64,000 nucleotides of DNA from Roseomonas sp. (lineage in GTDB: Bacteria; Pseudomonadota; Alphaproteobacteria; Acetobacterales; Acetobacteraceae), in the NCBI GenBank assembly GCA_020249505.1, contig JADCFN010000056.1, forward strand, positions 16,346 through 80,345. The letters run 5' to 3'. Under the pieces are notes generated by a model. The model was not told the origin of the DNA. It saw nothing but the letters and a program-made list of their open reading frames with translations, and searched no databases. The position numbers were made by a program, and so were the translations under genes. Positions 39,049-48,206 of this stretch are shown piece after piece (the first letter of the stretch is position 1; every line of letters starts with the position of its first letter).

Positions 39049-40062
39049 ATGGCTCATCGTATCGCCGTCATTGGCGCGCCTTCCCTGATTGGGCGCGAAT
39101 TCTTGCGCTGCCTGGCTGAAACCAGCCTGGCAGGGGCTGAGGTGGTAGCGCTTGCCGCTGGGCGCAGCGCGGGCGCTGATATTTCCTGGGGCGAAAAAGC
39201 GGTGCTCAAGACCCGCGATGTGGCGCGGTTTGACTTCGCGGGCACAACCCTTGCCGTCTTCGCCTGTGACGCCAAGCTGGCTGCGGTGGAAGTGCCGCGC
39301 GCTGCGGCGGCCGGCGCGATGGCGATTGATCTGTCCGGGTATTTCCACATGGAACCGGATGTGCCGCTGGTTGTGGCCGGGGTGAATGATCAGGCGCTGC
39401 CGCGCGCCAGCAAAAGGCGGATCATCGCCTGCCCGCTGCCCGCAAGCCTGATCCTGGCGCTGGTCTTGAAGCCCTTGCATGAAGCCGCCGGCGTGCGGCG
39501 GGTGGTGGCGGCAACCTATCAGCCGGCCTCCGGCGCCGGGAAGGAGGCGATTGATGAACTCTGGTCCCAGACGCGCGGCATTTTCGTGAATGACAATCCC
39601 GAAGCGCAGTATTTCACGAAGCAGATCGCCTTCAACGTCATTCCGCATATTGACCGCTTCATGCCCGATGGCGCGACGCGCGAAGAATGGGCGATGGGCG
39701 TTGAAATCCGCAAGCTTCTGGACCCCGATATTCAGGTGAGTGCCAGCTGCGTGCGCGTACCCGTGATGCTTGGCCTTGGCATGGCGCTGAACATCGCCTT
39801 CGACCGCCCGATCAATGAACGCGACGCGCGTGAGGCCTTGCGCAAGGCGCCGGGGATAAGCTTGCTCGATCGGCGCGATGATGGTGGCTATGCGAGCCCA
39901 GCTGAGATTGTGGGGGAGGATATGGTTTATGTCTCCCGCATCCGGCGCGATGCGACGCTGGCCAATGGGCTTTCGCTTTGGGCCGTTGGCGATGATGTGC
40001 GGCTTGGGGCTGCGCTGAATGCTGCGCGGATTGCGGAGGCTGTTTACGCGCCTGGGATATAG
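39049..40062 (+). CDS. Aspartate-semialdehyde dehydrogenase family paralog (USG-1-like; catalytic Cys/His not conserved)
   Basis: Rossmann N-terminus (IAVIGAPSLIGRE) and conserved TYQPASGAGKE. However, the Asd IANPNCST motif reads IACPLPAS, and CVRxP...GHSE reads CVRVPVMLGLGM. Confidence 0.8.
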   Translation: MAHRIAVIGAPSLIGREFLRCLAETSLAGAEVVALAAGRSAGADISWGEKAVLKTRDVARFDFAGTTLAVFACDAKLAAVEVPRAAAAGAMAIDLSGYFHMEPDVPLVVAGVNDQALPRASKRRIIACPLPASLILALVLKPLHEAAGVRRVVAATYQPASGAGKEAIDELWSQTRGIFVNDNPEAQYFTKQIAFNVIPHIDRFMPDGATREEWAMGVEIRKLLDPDIQVSASCVRVPVMLGLGMALNIAFDRPINERDAREALRKAPGISLLDRRDDGGYASPAEIVGEDMVYVSRIRRDATLANGLSLWAVGDDVRLGAALNAARIAEAVYAPGI

Positions 40063-40090
40063 ATTATTCGTTACGTAGAATAATTATTTA
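40063..40090 (+). terminator. AT-rich hairpin immediately after the asd-like stop
   Basis: ATTATTC-GTTACGTA-GAATAAT followed by TATTTA. The stem is weak and all A/T, so this could equally be a protein-binding palindrome. Confidence 0.3.
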
Positions 40091-40261
40091 AGGGCAGATC
40101 AAATCACCCCTCCCCTCCCTTGTTCCAGCCGCCCCGGCCGCTTCAATTGAATAACGACAGGGGCGTAATGGAAGAGCAAACATGCTGCTGAAAATCCAGC
40201 AGATCAAGCGCTTCATACGTTTCCATATTGATCCAAGGCGCCACAGATGCCGAGAATTTCT

Positions 40262-41566
40262 TCACGCCGTTCCACACCATCTTAGCGCGCTATCGGCCGC
40301 AACCTTGATGGCACGCAGATAATCTTCCACATCCACCCATTCATCATGCCCGCCATTCTGGGTCAAATCACCACATAGCGGCCCGAAGCCGACGGTTGGG
40401 ATACCCATCTGCACCATTGGTACGCGAATATCAGATGCTGTATGCATGGCATTCACGAAGGGCGAGAGGCCCGTCACGCGTGAAACGGCAGCACTCACGG
40501 CGCCAAACAGCGGTGAATTCGCAGGCAGTTCCGCGCCCGTGACACCAGACAACCATTCAAGCTTTGGCGGATGATCCTTCAGCCAAGGGTCCTGTTGTGC
40601 GGCTTGCGTGATGCAAGCGGTGATTTCCTGTTGAACCTTTTCCATGGCCTCCCCCGGCGGGAAGGAAACGGCTGCGCCTATGACGCAGCTTGTTGGGATG
40701 CGGCTGAAGCGCGCGGCATCCCCGCAGGAGATATAGGACACCATGATATTCGTGGCGCGCCCGACAACGCGTTCAATGCCAGGGTGATGCACTCGTGCTC
40801 CGCGGGCCTGGTCAAGTGCATCCAGCGCTGCCTTCACAAGCATGGTTTTATCCAAAGCATTCACAGCAAGATGGGCAAAGGCTGTATGGCCCGGTTCCTT
40901 GGTATCTGGTCCCTTGCCGTTCACCGTCACGCGAAAATAAAGCTGCCCGCTGCAAATTGCCTTAATTTCCTGCATGCCAACACCGCTTTCCGCCGGATGC
41001 ACGTAAATCGCCGCATCCGCGATATAGCCATGCTGCATCGCCGCTGCGACACCGCGCGCATGGCGCTTGGATGGCGTGCTGGTCGCGATGATATCACCCT
41101 TGGGCTGCAAGCCCGCCGCACGAATAACCTTGATGGCTTCAGCCATGATGGCGATGCCGGCAAGATCATCAGCTACGCCCCAGCCATAAATACGGCCATC
41201 GCTAATATCGCCCGCGAAGGGATCATGCTGCCAGGTTTCGGTATTCTTGAGCGGTTCACCATCAGGATGGCCAAAGAAAATCAGGCTGGGGCCGCCACCG
41301 CTGCCGGCAAGGCGCGCGATGATGCTGGCGCGTTCTTCACGCGCCATTGCCTCACCTTCGGCGAATTCATGACGCATCTGCACATCGGATGGCACATAGG
41401 AAAGGGCTTCTACGGCGCAGCCAGTATCCCGCAGATGATCCGCGAAGCATTGCTGCACCGCCGCTTCACCTTGGCGCTGCAAGGCGATCAGCCTTTGGAG
41501 AAAGGCGATGCTGTCTGCCCGGCGGGCTTCTGCAGCGGCGATGATCTGTTCAGACACTTCATTCAT
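40262..41566 (-). CDS. M20 family metallopeptidase (ArgE/DapE/ACY1/CPG2 type)
   Basis: LIFFGHPDGEP, GWGVADDLAGIA and a dimerisation-domain pattern. ATG at 41566 is preceded by GGGAG. Confidence 0.85.
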   Translation of the reverse strand: MNEVSEQIIAAAEARRADSIAFLQRLIALQRQGEAAVQQCFADHLRDTGCAVEALSYVPSDVQMRHEFAEGEAMAREERASIIARLAGSGGGPSLIFFGHPDGEPLKNTETWQHDPFAGDISDGRIYGWGVADDLAGIAIMAEAIKVIRAAGLQPKGDIIATSTPSKRHARGVAAAMQHGYIADAAIYVHPAESGVGMQEIKAICSGQLYFRVTVNGKGPDTKEPGHTAFAHLAVNALDKTMLVKAALDALDQARGARVHHPGIERVVGRATNIMVSYISCGDAARFSRIPTSCVIGAAVSFPPGEAMEKVQQEITACITQAAQQDPWLKDHPPKLEWLSGVTGAELPANSPLFGAVSAAVSRVTGLSPFVNAMHTASDIRVPMVQMGIPTVGFGPLCGDLTQNGGHDEWVDVEDYLRAIKVAADSALRWCGTA

Positions 41567-41613
41567 GCGATACTCTCCCACCCCAAATCACGACGCCGTG
41601 CGCAGTGTGTATC

Positions 41614-42618
41614 TTATTCAGGCTGCACACCAGAAACGCGTACCAGTTCGCGCCATTTATCGCGTTGCGCGCGCATCAGTGTCTGGAATTCCTGCGGCGT
41701 GGAGGCGAAGGGAATATTGCCATTGGCCGATAGCCGCTGCACCATGGATGGGTCCTTCAGGCCTTCATTGATCGAGGCATTCATGCGCTGCACGATGTCG
41801 GGAGGGATCCCTAACGGCCCCATCACCGCCGCGAAGGATGGCAGGTCATAATCGGCCACACCCTGTTCCTGTACGGTTGGCATTTCAGGCGCCAAGGGCC
41901 AGCGGGTGGGGTTGGTAACGCCTAGTGCGCGCACTTGGCCCGCTCTGACAGCGCCAATGACGCCCGAGAAACTGTCAAACACCACCTGAATATTGCCCGC
42001 AATCAGATCAGCCAGTGCCGGCGCCGCTCCCCGATAGGGCACATGGGTCAATTCTGTTCCCGTGCGCAGCATGAACAGCACGCCAAGCATATGATTGGCA
42101 CCACCCGCGCCGGCGGAGCCGTAATTGAGCTTCCCGGGATTGGCCTTCGCATAGGCAATCAATTCCTGGATATTGCGTATCGGCAGCCCCGGATGAACAC
42201 AAACGATGGCAGTGCCAATTGAGAAAGTTGCGATATGGCTGAAATCATCCACCCCCTCATAGCCGGGTGTCCGAAACAGCAAGGGCGCGCCAAGATGGGA
42301 AGATGGGCTCGCCATCATGATGGTATAGCCATCGGGTGCGGATTGCGCGACATGGGCGGTGCCAACGGTGCCGCCGGCACCGCTGCGATTATCCACCACA
42401 ACGAGGCTGCCGAGCGCCTTTTGCAAAACCTCCGCCTGGAGGCGGCCCGCAATGTCGCTCGCGCCACCAGGCGGATAGGGCACCACCAGCCGTATCGGCC
42501 GATTGGGCCAGGAAGCGGCTTGCGCGGAAGCACTGCGGAGCTTCAATAATCCAGGCAGCGCCAAGGCGCTGGCAGCAAATGCACGACGTCCCAAACGCAT
42601 GGCCCGAATTCTCCTCAT
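41614..42618 (-). CDS. Bug/TctC family tripartite tricarboxylate transporter substrate-binding protein
   Basis: Signal peptide, then WPNRPIRLVVPYPPGGASDIAGR, the hallmark Bug N-terminus. No TctA/TctB is adjacent. Confidence 0.88.
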   Translation of the reverse strand: MRRIRAMRLGRRAFAASALALPGLLKLRSASAQAASWPNRPIRLVVPYPPGGASDIAGRLQAEVLQKALGSLVVVDNRSGAGGTVGTAHVAQSAPDGYTIMMASPSSHLGAPLLFRTPGYEGVDDFSHIATFSIGTAIVCVHPGLPIRNIQELIAYAKANPGKLNYGSAGAGGANHMLGVLFMLRTGTELTHVPYRGAAPALADLIAGNIQVVFDSFSGVIGAVRAGQVRALGVTNPTRWPLAPEMPTVQEQGVADYDLPSFAAVMGPLGIPPDIVQRMNASINEGLKDPSMVQRLSANGNIPFASTPQEFQTLMRAQRDKWRELVRVSGVQPE

Positions 42619-42633
42619 CTCAAATGGCAGACC

Positions 42634-43323
42634 TCAACGCCGATCCGCCGCTTCCGTTCCATAACCGCGCCCATAACGCTTCTCCAGGCGCCGTTGCACA
42701 AAATCCCAGGCCGTTGTCATGGCCAGATAATAAATCGCCGCCACCATGAACAATTCCAGTACCAGAAAGCGTTCCTGGATCAGGATCTGTGTCCGCCGGA
42801 GCAATTCTTCCATGCTGATCACACTCGCGACCGAGGTGGTCTTAAGCAAGCCATTCACCGAATTGCCAAGCGGCGGGATGATGATGCGCAGCGCCTGCGG
42901 CCAGACCACCAGACGAAACACCTGGAGGCGCCTGAGGCCGAGTGCGAGCGCGGCTTCGCGCTGGCCGCGTGCCACTGCCAGAATGCCGGCGCGCACTGTC
43001 TCACTCAAATAGGCTGCTTCATTCAAGGCAAGGCCAAGCAGCGCGGCCTGCACCACCGAAAATCGTAAGCCGAATAGTGGCAGGCCAGTATAGATGATCA
43101 GCAATTGCACCAGCAGTGGTGTGCCGCGAAACACCCAGCAATAGAATGCGGCAAAGCCTGAAAGTACTGGATTGCCCGAAAGCCGCATCACGGCCAACCC
43201 GATACCCAGCACCAACCCAGCCGAAAGTGAAGCAGCCGTCAGCCATAGCGTGGTGACGGCGCCTTCCAGCAGAAAGGGATTCAAAAGATAGTCAAAGAAC
43301 CCCGACCAGGACCAGATTTGCAC
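42634..43323 (-). CDS. Amino acid ABC transporter permease (His/Glu/Gln/Arg/opine family)
   Basis: EAA loop (NEAAYLSETVRAGILAVARGQREAALALGL), about 5 TM helices. Confidence 0.9.
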   Translation of the reverse strand: MQIWSWSGFFDYLLNPFLLEGAVTTLWLTAASLSAGLVLGIGLAVMRLSGNPVLSGFAAFYCWVFRGTPLLVQLLIIYTGLPLFGLRFSVVQAALLGLALNEAAYLSETVRAGILAVARGQREAALALGLRRLQVFRLVVWPQALRIIIPPLGNSVNGLLKTTSVASVISMEELLRRTQILIQERFLVLELFMVAAIYYLAMTTAWDFVQRRLEKRYGRGYGTEAADRR

Positions 43324-43340
43324 GCGTTTTGATCAGGCGC

Positions 43341-44165
43341 TTATTGGGGGCCGACGACTTCAAGCTTGTCCGTGTACATCGAAGCACCATAGCGATCGAA
43401 CAGCGCCTTCAGGCTGCCATCCGCCTTCATGGCTTCCAGCGTGCGCACAACAGCGTCAGCCAGCACGCGTGAACGCGTGGCAACCGCGACCGGTGTTGGG
43501 AAAAGCCCATTCAGCACGCGCGGAAAATCGCCACGCTGATCATATTCAGCGGCGACGCCATCAATGCTGGTCACAGCTTGCACTTGGCCCGCGCGCAGCG
43601 CCTGATAGGCAACGGCAAAATTGTCAAAGGTGCGGATATTCATCGGCTGCAAGCCCTTGGCCTGCAAGGATTGGCTCAGTTCCCGCGTACGGCGTTCTTC
43701 AAAGCCACCGATCTCAACGCCCACCGTCTTGCCGGCCAGATCATCCGTGGTGCGGATATTCTGCGGATTGCCGCGAGGCGCGCTGAAGGAAATCGCCTGA
43801 TTTTCATAGCGCACCATCTGCATCATGCGCGCGCGTTCTTCCGTGTAGAAAATCCCTGTATTGATCAAATCCCAGCGCCGCGCCGCCAAACCGGGGATCA
43901 TGGCGCTGAATTCGATGCGGATATATTCCGGCGTCAGGCAAAGGCGGCGCGCGATTTCATTGCCGAGTTCAATGCGCATGCCGCGCAATTGCCCCTGCGC
44001 ATCCACGAATTGCAGCGGCGGCAGGGTGGGGTTGGTGGACATCACCAGCGTGCGCGACTTCACCAATTCGCTATCTGCCACCGCCGGCGTACATGCTGGC
44101 GCCTGCGCCATGGCCGGGGTTGCCACCAGCACCGCCAGGGTGGCGAGGATTCCATATCGCAGCAT
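43341..44165 (-). CDS. ABC transporter substrate-binding protein, family 3 (amino acid/opine type)
   Basis: Signal peptide MLRYGILATLAVLVATPAMAQA and a family-3 SBP pattern (NPTLPPLQFVD...). ATG at 44165 has GGGAG 7 nt upstream; the longer ORF reaches 44192. Confidence 0.88.
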   Translation of the reverse strand: MLRYGILATLAVLVATPAMAQAPACTPAVADSELVKSRTLVMSTNPTLPPLQFVDAQGQLRGMRIELGNEIARRLCLTPEYIRIEFSAMIPGLAARRWDLINTGIFYTEERARMMQMVRYENQAISFSAPRGNPQNIRTTDDLAGKTVGVEIGGFEERRTRELSQSLQAKGLQPMNIRTFDNFAVAYQALRAGQVQAVTSIDGVAAEYDQRGDFPRVLNGLFPTPVAVATRSRVLADAVVRTLEAMKADGSLKALFDRYGASMYTDKLEVVGPQ

Positions 44166-44188
44166 TATTCTTCTCCCTGTTGAAAAGC

Positions 44189-45100
44189 TCATTCGGCGGC
44201 GCGCGCTTCGGCGCCGATCAACTCAATGCCATGCAATACCTGCGCCAAGGCCGGCATATCCTGCGCAGGCAGCGGCAGTCGCGGTGGGCGCGGCGGCCCC
44301 ATATCCATGCCCATCAGTTTGAAGCCCGCCTTGGTGCCGGAAACATAGCGCGGCCCACCCACCCAAGGCAGCAGCGGCGCCAGCTTGCGATAAAGCGCCA
44401 GCGCCTTGGGTCTATCCGCCTCAAACGCTGCGGCGTCAAACATTTCGGAAGAAAGTCGCGGCGCCAGATTGCTGCACACGGCAACCCAGCCAATCGCGCC
44501 AAGCCAGGCGCTTTCATAGCCCAGCACGCCGGCAAACACCTCCATCCTGTCACCGCAGAGCGCCACAATATCGCGCACACGCGTCACTTCCAGCGTGCTT
44601 TCCTTGACATAGCGGCAATTCGGAATGGTCGAAATCCGCGCGAGTGTCGCCGGCAGCATATCCACATTGGATGTTGCGGGGTTGTTGTAGACCATGATTG
44701 GAATGCCGATGGCGTCAGCAATGGTCTTGTAATGGTGAAACAGCTCATCTTCCGTCGGCACGGAATAGAAGGGCGGGATGATCATAACGCCATCGGCGCC
44801 TTGCGACTCCGCTTCCCGTGAAAGCGCCACCACTTCGCGCGTATCTTCCGCCCCGGTGCCGATCAGCACCGGTACGCGCCCGCGCGCGGCGCGGATCACG
44901 GTCTCGACAATGCCTTGGCGTTCTTCACGCGAGACGGAGAGAAACTCCCCAGTCGAGCCCAGCGGGATAAGGCCCTTCACCCCTTCAGTGATCTGGTAGT
45001 CCACCAGCCGTTCCAGCGCCTTGTAATCCACCGCTGCGCCATCGGCGGTAAAGGGCGTGATCAGCACCGTATAGGTGCCACGAAAAGGCTCTCGGGCCAT
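44189..45100 (-). CDS. Dihydrodipicolinate synthase family lyase (DapA/NAL superfamily)
   Basis: VLITPFTADG..., GLIPLGSTGEF, and the Schiff-base Lys region (RYVKES). Confidence 0.9.
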   Translation of the reverse strand: MAREPFRGTYTVLITPFTADGAAVDYKALERLVDYQITEGVKGLIPLGSTGEFLSVSREERQGIVETVIRAARGRVPVLIGTGAEDTREVVALSREAESQGADGVMIIPPFYSVPTEDELFHHYKTIADAIGIPIMVYNNPATSNVDMLPATLARISTIPNCRYVKESTLEVTRVRDIVALCGDRMEVFAGVLGYESAWLGAIGWVAVCSNLAPRLSSEMFDAAAFEADRPKALALYRKLAPLLPWVGGPRYVSGTKAGFKLMGMDMGPPRPPRLPLPAQDMPALAQVLHGIELIGAEARAAE

Positions 45101-45177
45101 GAGGGAAGCTCCCGGGGGTGGACGCGGCCGCGCCGCGTGCGATGATGGGAGCCTGTTTTGGCGTAAACGGCAAGAGC

Positions 45178-48075
45178 ATGCGGCTACAGCACCCCCATAT
45201 CACCCCGGCGACGGCGCCTATCCGGATCAGCTTCAATGGCACGACGGTGGAAGCCCTGCCAGGTGAGAGCATTGCCGCTGCGCTTTCAGCTGCGGGCATT
45301 CTGGCGCTACGCGAAACGCCCAAAGGCACGCAGCGCGGGCTTTGGTGCGGGATGGGCGCCTGCTTTGATTGCGTGGTGACGGTGGATGGCAAGGCCGGCC
45401 AGCGCGCCTGCATGGTGAAGGTGGCTGATGGCATGGCGGTGGAAAGCGCCTTCCCGGCCGAACCCGCCCCGCTTGGCAGCGCGCCCGCCGAAATTGCTGA
45501 ACAGGTCTGCGATATCCTGGTGGTCGGCGCCGGCCCCGCCGGGCTTTCCGCCGCCATTGCTGCCGCCGAAGCCGGCGCGCAAGTGGTGGTGCTGGATGAA
45601 CGCGAAGCGCCCGGCGGGCAATATCTGAAGCCGCTTGCCAGCAGCCACAGCCATGCCGCGCCGGATGCGCAATTTCGCCAGGGCAGCGCGCTTTTTGCCC
45701 GCGCGCGGGAAGCAGGGATTCGCTTCCATTATGGTACCACGGTTTGGGGCGGCTTCGCGCCAGATGAAATCGCGGCACTTGTCGAAGGTGCCGCCATTAC
45801 TTTCCGCCCGCGTCGGCTGATCCTGGCCCCCGGCGCGCATGAACGCCCGGTGCCGGTGCCGGGGTGGACTCTGCCGGGTGTGATGACGACCGGCGCGCTG
45901 CAAACGCTTGCACGCGCGCAACGCGTGAGCCCGGCCGAGAGCGCAGTGATTGCAGGCAGCGGGCCGCTCAATCTGCAACTTGCCTGTGAATTGCTGGCCG
46001 GCGGCGTGCGTGTTGCCGCTGTGGTTGAAGCGGCCCCCGTGCCGGGGCTTGGCGCCTGGCGCGATGTGCTGCGCCTTGCGCGCACCGCACCTGATCTTGC
46101 CTGGGATGGGCTGCTTTACCTCGCGATTCTGAAACGCGCCGGCGTGCCGCTTTACTGGGGCAGCGAGATCATTGCCTGTGAAGGTAGCACGCGTTTCGAG
46201 GCGCTGCGCATCAGCGCACCGCAGGGCGAAAAGCGGATCGCTGCCGGGATTGCCGCGCTCAATCTTGGCTTTCAATCGGAAACCGGGCTGGCGCGCGCCT
46301 TGGGTTGCACGCAGCGTTTCGCGACCGATGGTCCAGGCGCTGGCTTGGGGCGCTTGGAAACCGTGACTGACGCAGTCGGGCGCAGCAATATCGCCGAGGT
46401 TTTCGCGATTGGCGATGGCGCGGCGATTGGCGGGGCGCGGGTTGCCTTGGCGCGCGGGCGATTGGCCGGTTTGGCGGCAGCGCGTGAACTTGGCTTCGGC
46501 GCGGGCGATGATGCGACAGCGCGCGATGCGCTGGCGCAAGCCGAGGCATTTCAGCGCGCTTTATGGCGCATTTACGCCGCGCCAGCTTTCGACCCGGCAC
46601 GTATCCCGGATGAAACCATCCTCTGCCGGTGTGAGGAAGTATGCGCCGGAGAAATCCGCGCAGCCATCAGCGGTGGCGCGGCTTCGCTGCCTGCCATCAA
46701 GAAGGAAACGCGCGCCGGCATGGGGCGCTGCCAGGGGCGCATGTGTGGCGCGACTCTGGCGCGCATGGCAGGCGTTGCTGCGCAGGAAGCGGATTTCGCG
46801 GCGCCGCGTGCGCCGATCAAACCCATTCCTGCCGCGTTGCTGAGGCTTGAAGTGCCGGAATGGGGCAAAACGCCAGTGATCGAAAGCCCTGCACCTATCA
46901 ACTGGAAAACTAGCGCGGCCACCGCGCCGCAAATCGCGCGCCAATGTGATGTATTGGTGATTGGTGGCGGCGTTGTAGGGCTTTCCACCGCACTGTATCT
47001 GGCGCGCGAAGGCGTGGATGTGTTGGTGGCGGAACGTGGCGAGCCTGGCCTTGCCGCCAGCACCGCCAATGCCGGCAGCCTGCATGTGCAGTTGCTATCC
47101 TATGATTTCGGTGACAAGGCGGAAGCGCTTGGCACCGCCGGCCCTGCCGTGGCGACGCTACCGCTTGGGCCGCGCTCCATCGCGCTTTGGCGAGAGATTG
47201 CGCGCGACGCCGGTGAGGCTTGCGGCATTCGCACCGAAGGCGGGCTGATGCTGGCGGAAACGCCCGAGGAATTGGCTTGGTTGCGCGGCAAGGTTGCGGT
47301 GGAACGCAGTGCTGGCATTGAAAATCATGTGATTGGCGCGAATGAATTGCGCGATATCGCACCTTATTTGGCGCATCGTTTTGCGGGTGCGGCCTTCTGC
47401 CCCGCTGAAGGCCAGATTGATCCTTTGCGCGGCACGGCAGCGCTATTGCACCTGGCCAAGCGCGCCGGAGCACGCATGGAAAGCGGCCTGGAAGTGCAGG
47501 CGATTGCGCGTGAAGGCAGTGGCTATCTGGTGAGCACGGCGCAGGGACCCATTCTTGCTGGGCGCGTAGTGGTCGCGGCAGGGCCATGGTCTGGCTATAT
47601 CGCAGCGCTGGCGGGTGTGAAGCTGCCAGTGGGTGGCCTGGTGCAACAGGTAATCGCGACCGAGGCCATGGCGCCCATCATCCCGCATCTGGTGGCCCAT
47701 GCCGGGCGGCACCTTTCGCTGAAGCAGGGCCCGCATGGGCATTTGCTGATCGGCGGCGGCTGGCCCGGCGCGCATGATCCCGCCACTGGGGCCACACGCA
47801 ATCTTCGGAGAAATATTCAAGGGAATCTTTGGATCGCTGGGCATGTCGTTCCGGCGGTAGAGGGCTTGCATGTGCTGCGCAGTTGGACCGGCATGAATGT
47901 GCATATTGATCGCGCGCCAATCCTGGGTGAGGTGCCGGGCTTGCCGGGCTTCTTCGCCGCGGTCACCTCCAATGGTTATACGCTTGGGCCGATTGCCGGG
48001 CGCATGACAGCTGATGCGGTGCTGGGCTTGCAGCAACCAGATTTGGCCTTTTCAGCAGCGCGATTCAACGCCTGA
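45178..48075 (+). CDS. Fused three-module flavoprotein: HcnA-like [2Fe-2S] + HcnB/OoxA-like FAD/NAD(P) oxidoreductase with BFD-type [2Fe-2S] + HcnC/OoxB/DAO-type FAD oxidoreductase
   Basis: Single uninterrupted ORF. The N-terminus has WCGMGACFDCVVTVDG. The first dinucleotide fold is ILVVGAGPAGLSAA (from ~45508). The BFD-like motif is CRCEEV...RAGMGRCQGRMC. The second dinucleotide fold is VLVIGGGVVGLSTA (from ~46945). The start could instead be 45118. Confidence 0.85.
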   Translation: MRLQHPHITPATAPIRISFNGTTVEALPGESIAAALSAAGILALRETPKGTQRGLWCGMGACFDCVVTVDGKAGQRACMVKVADGMAVESAFPAEPAPLGSAPAEIAEQVCDILVVGAGPAGLSAAIAAAEAGAQVVVLDEREAPGGQYLKPLASSHSHAAPDAQFRQGSALFARAREAGIRFHYGTTVWGGFAPDEIAALVEGAAITFRPRRLILAPGAHERPVPVPGWTLPGVMTTGALQTLARAQRVSPAESAVIAGSGPLNLQLACELLAGGVRVAAVVEAAPVPGLGAWRDVLRLARTAPDLAWDGLLYLAILKRAGVPLYWGSEIIACEGSTRFEALRISAPQGEKRIAAGIAALNLGFQSETGLARALGCTQRFATDGPGAGLGRLETVTDAVGRSNIAEVFAIGDGAAIGGARVALARGRLAGLAAARELGFGAGDDATARDALAQAEAFQRALWRIYAAPAFDPARIPDETILCRCEEVCAGEIRAAISGGAASLPAIKKETRAGMGRCQGRMCGATLARMAGVAAQEADFAAPRAPIKPIPAALLRLEVPEWGKTPVIESPAPINWKTSAATAPQIARQCDVLVIGGGVVGLSTALYLAREGVDVLVAERGEPGLAASTANAGSLHVQLLSYDFGDKAEALGTAGPAVATLPLGPRSIALWREIARDAGEACGIRTEGGLMLAETPEELAWLRGKVAVERSAGIENHVIGANELRDIAPYLAHRFAGAAFCPAEGQIDPLRGTAALLHLAKRAGARMESGLEVQAIAREGSGYLVSTAQGPILAGRVVVAAGPWSGYIAALAGVKLPVGGLVQQVIATEAMAPIIPHLVAHAGRHLSLKQGPHGHLLIGGGWPGAHDPATGATRNLRRNIQGNLWIAGHVVPAVEGLHVLRSWTGMNVHIDRAPILGEVPGLPGFFAAVTSNGYTLGPIAGRMTADAVLGLQQPDLAFSAARFNA

Positions 48076-48206
48076 TTCATCCCGGCAGATAAAGACAAGG
48101 TTGCTTTCGTTAGCCTCCCCAGCTTAGCGGCATGCGTTTATGGCGGGCCGGCCGTTCAAGCCACCCCACTGTATTTAAACACTGAAAAGAAAATCCCCTG
48201 CATCCA

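Noticed and set aside
40081-40261. Tiny ORFs in the AT-rich junction (for example a 27-codon minus-strand ORF METYEALDLLDFQQH...)
   Set aside because: They are too short, have no SD and no recognisable motif. I cannot distinguish them from chance, so the region is reported only as a compositional junction.
45307-46539. 410-aa ORF on the minus strand (and several 100-225-aa neighbours)
   Set aside because: It is antisense to the fused flavoprotein ORF. The product is Arg/Ala/Gly-rich with no recognisable fold motif.
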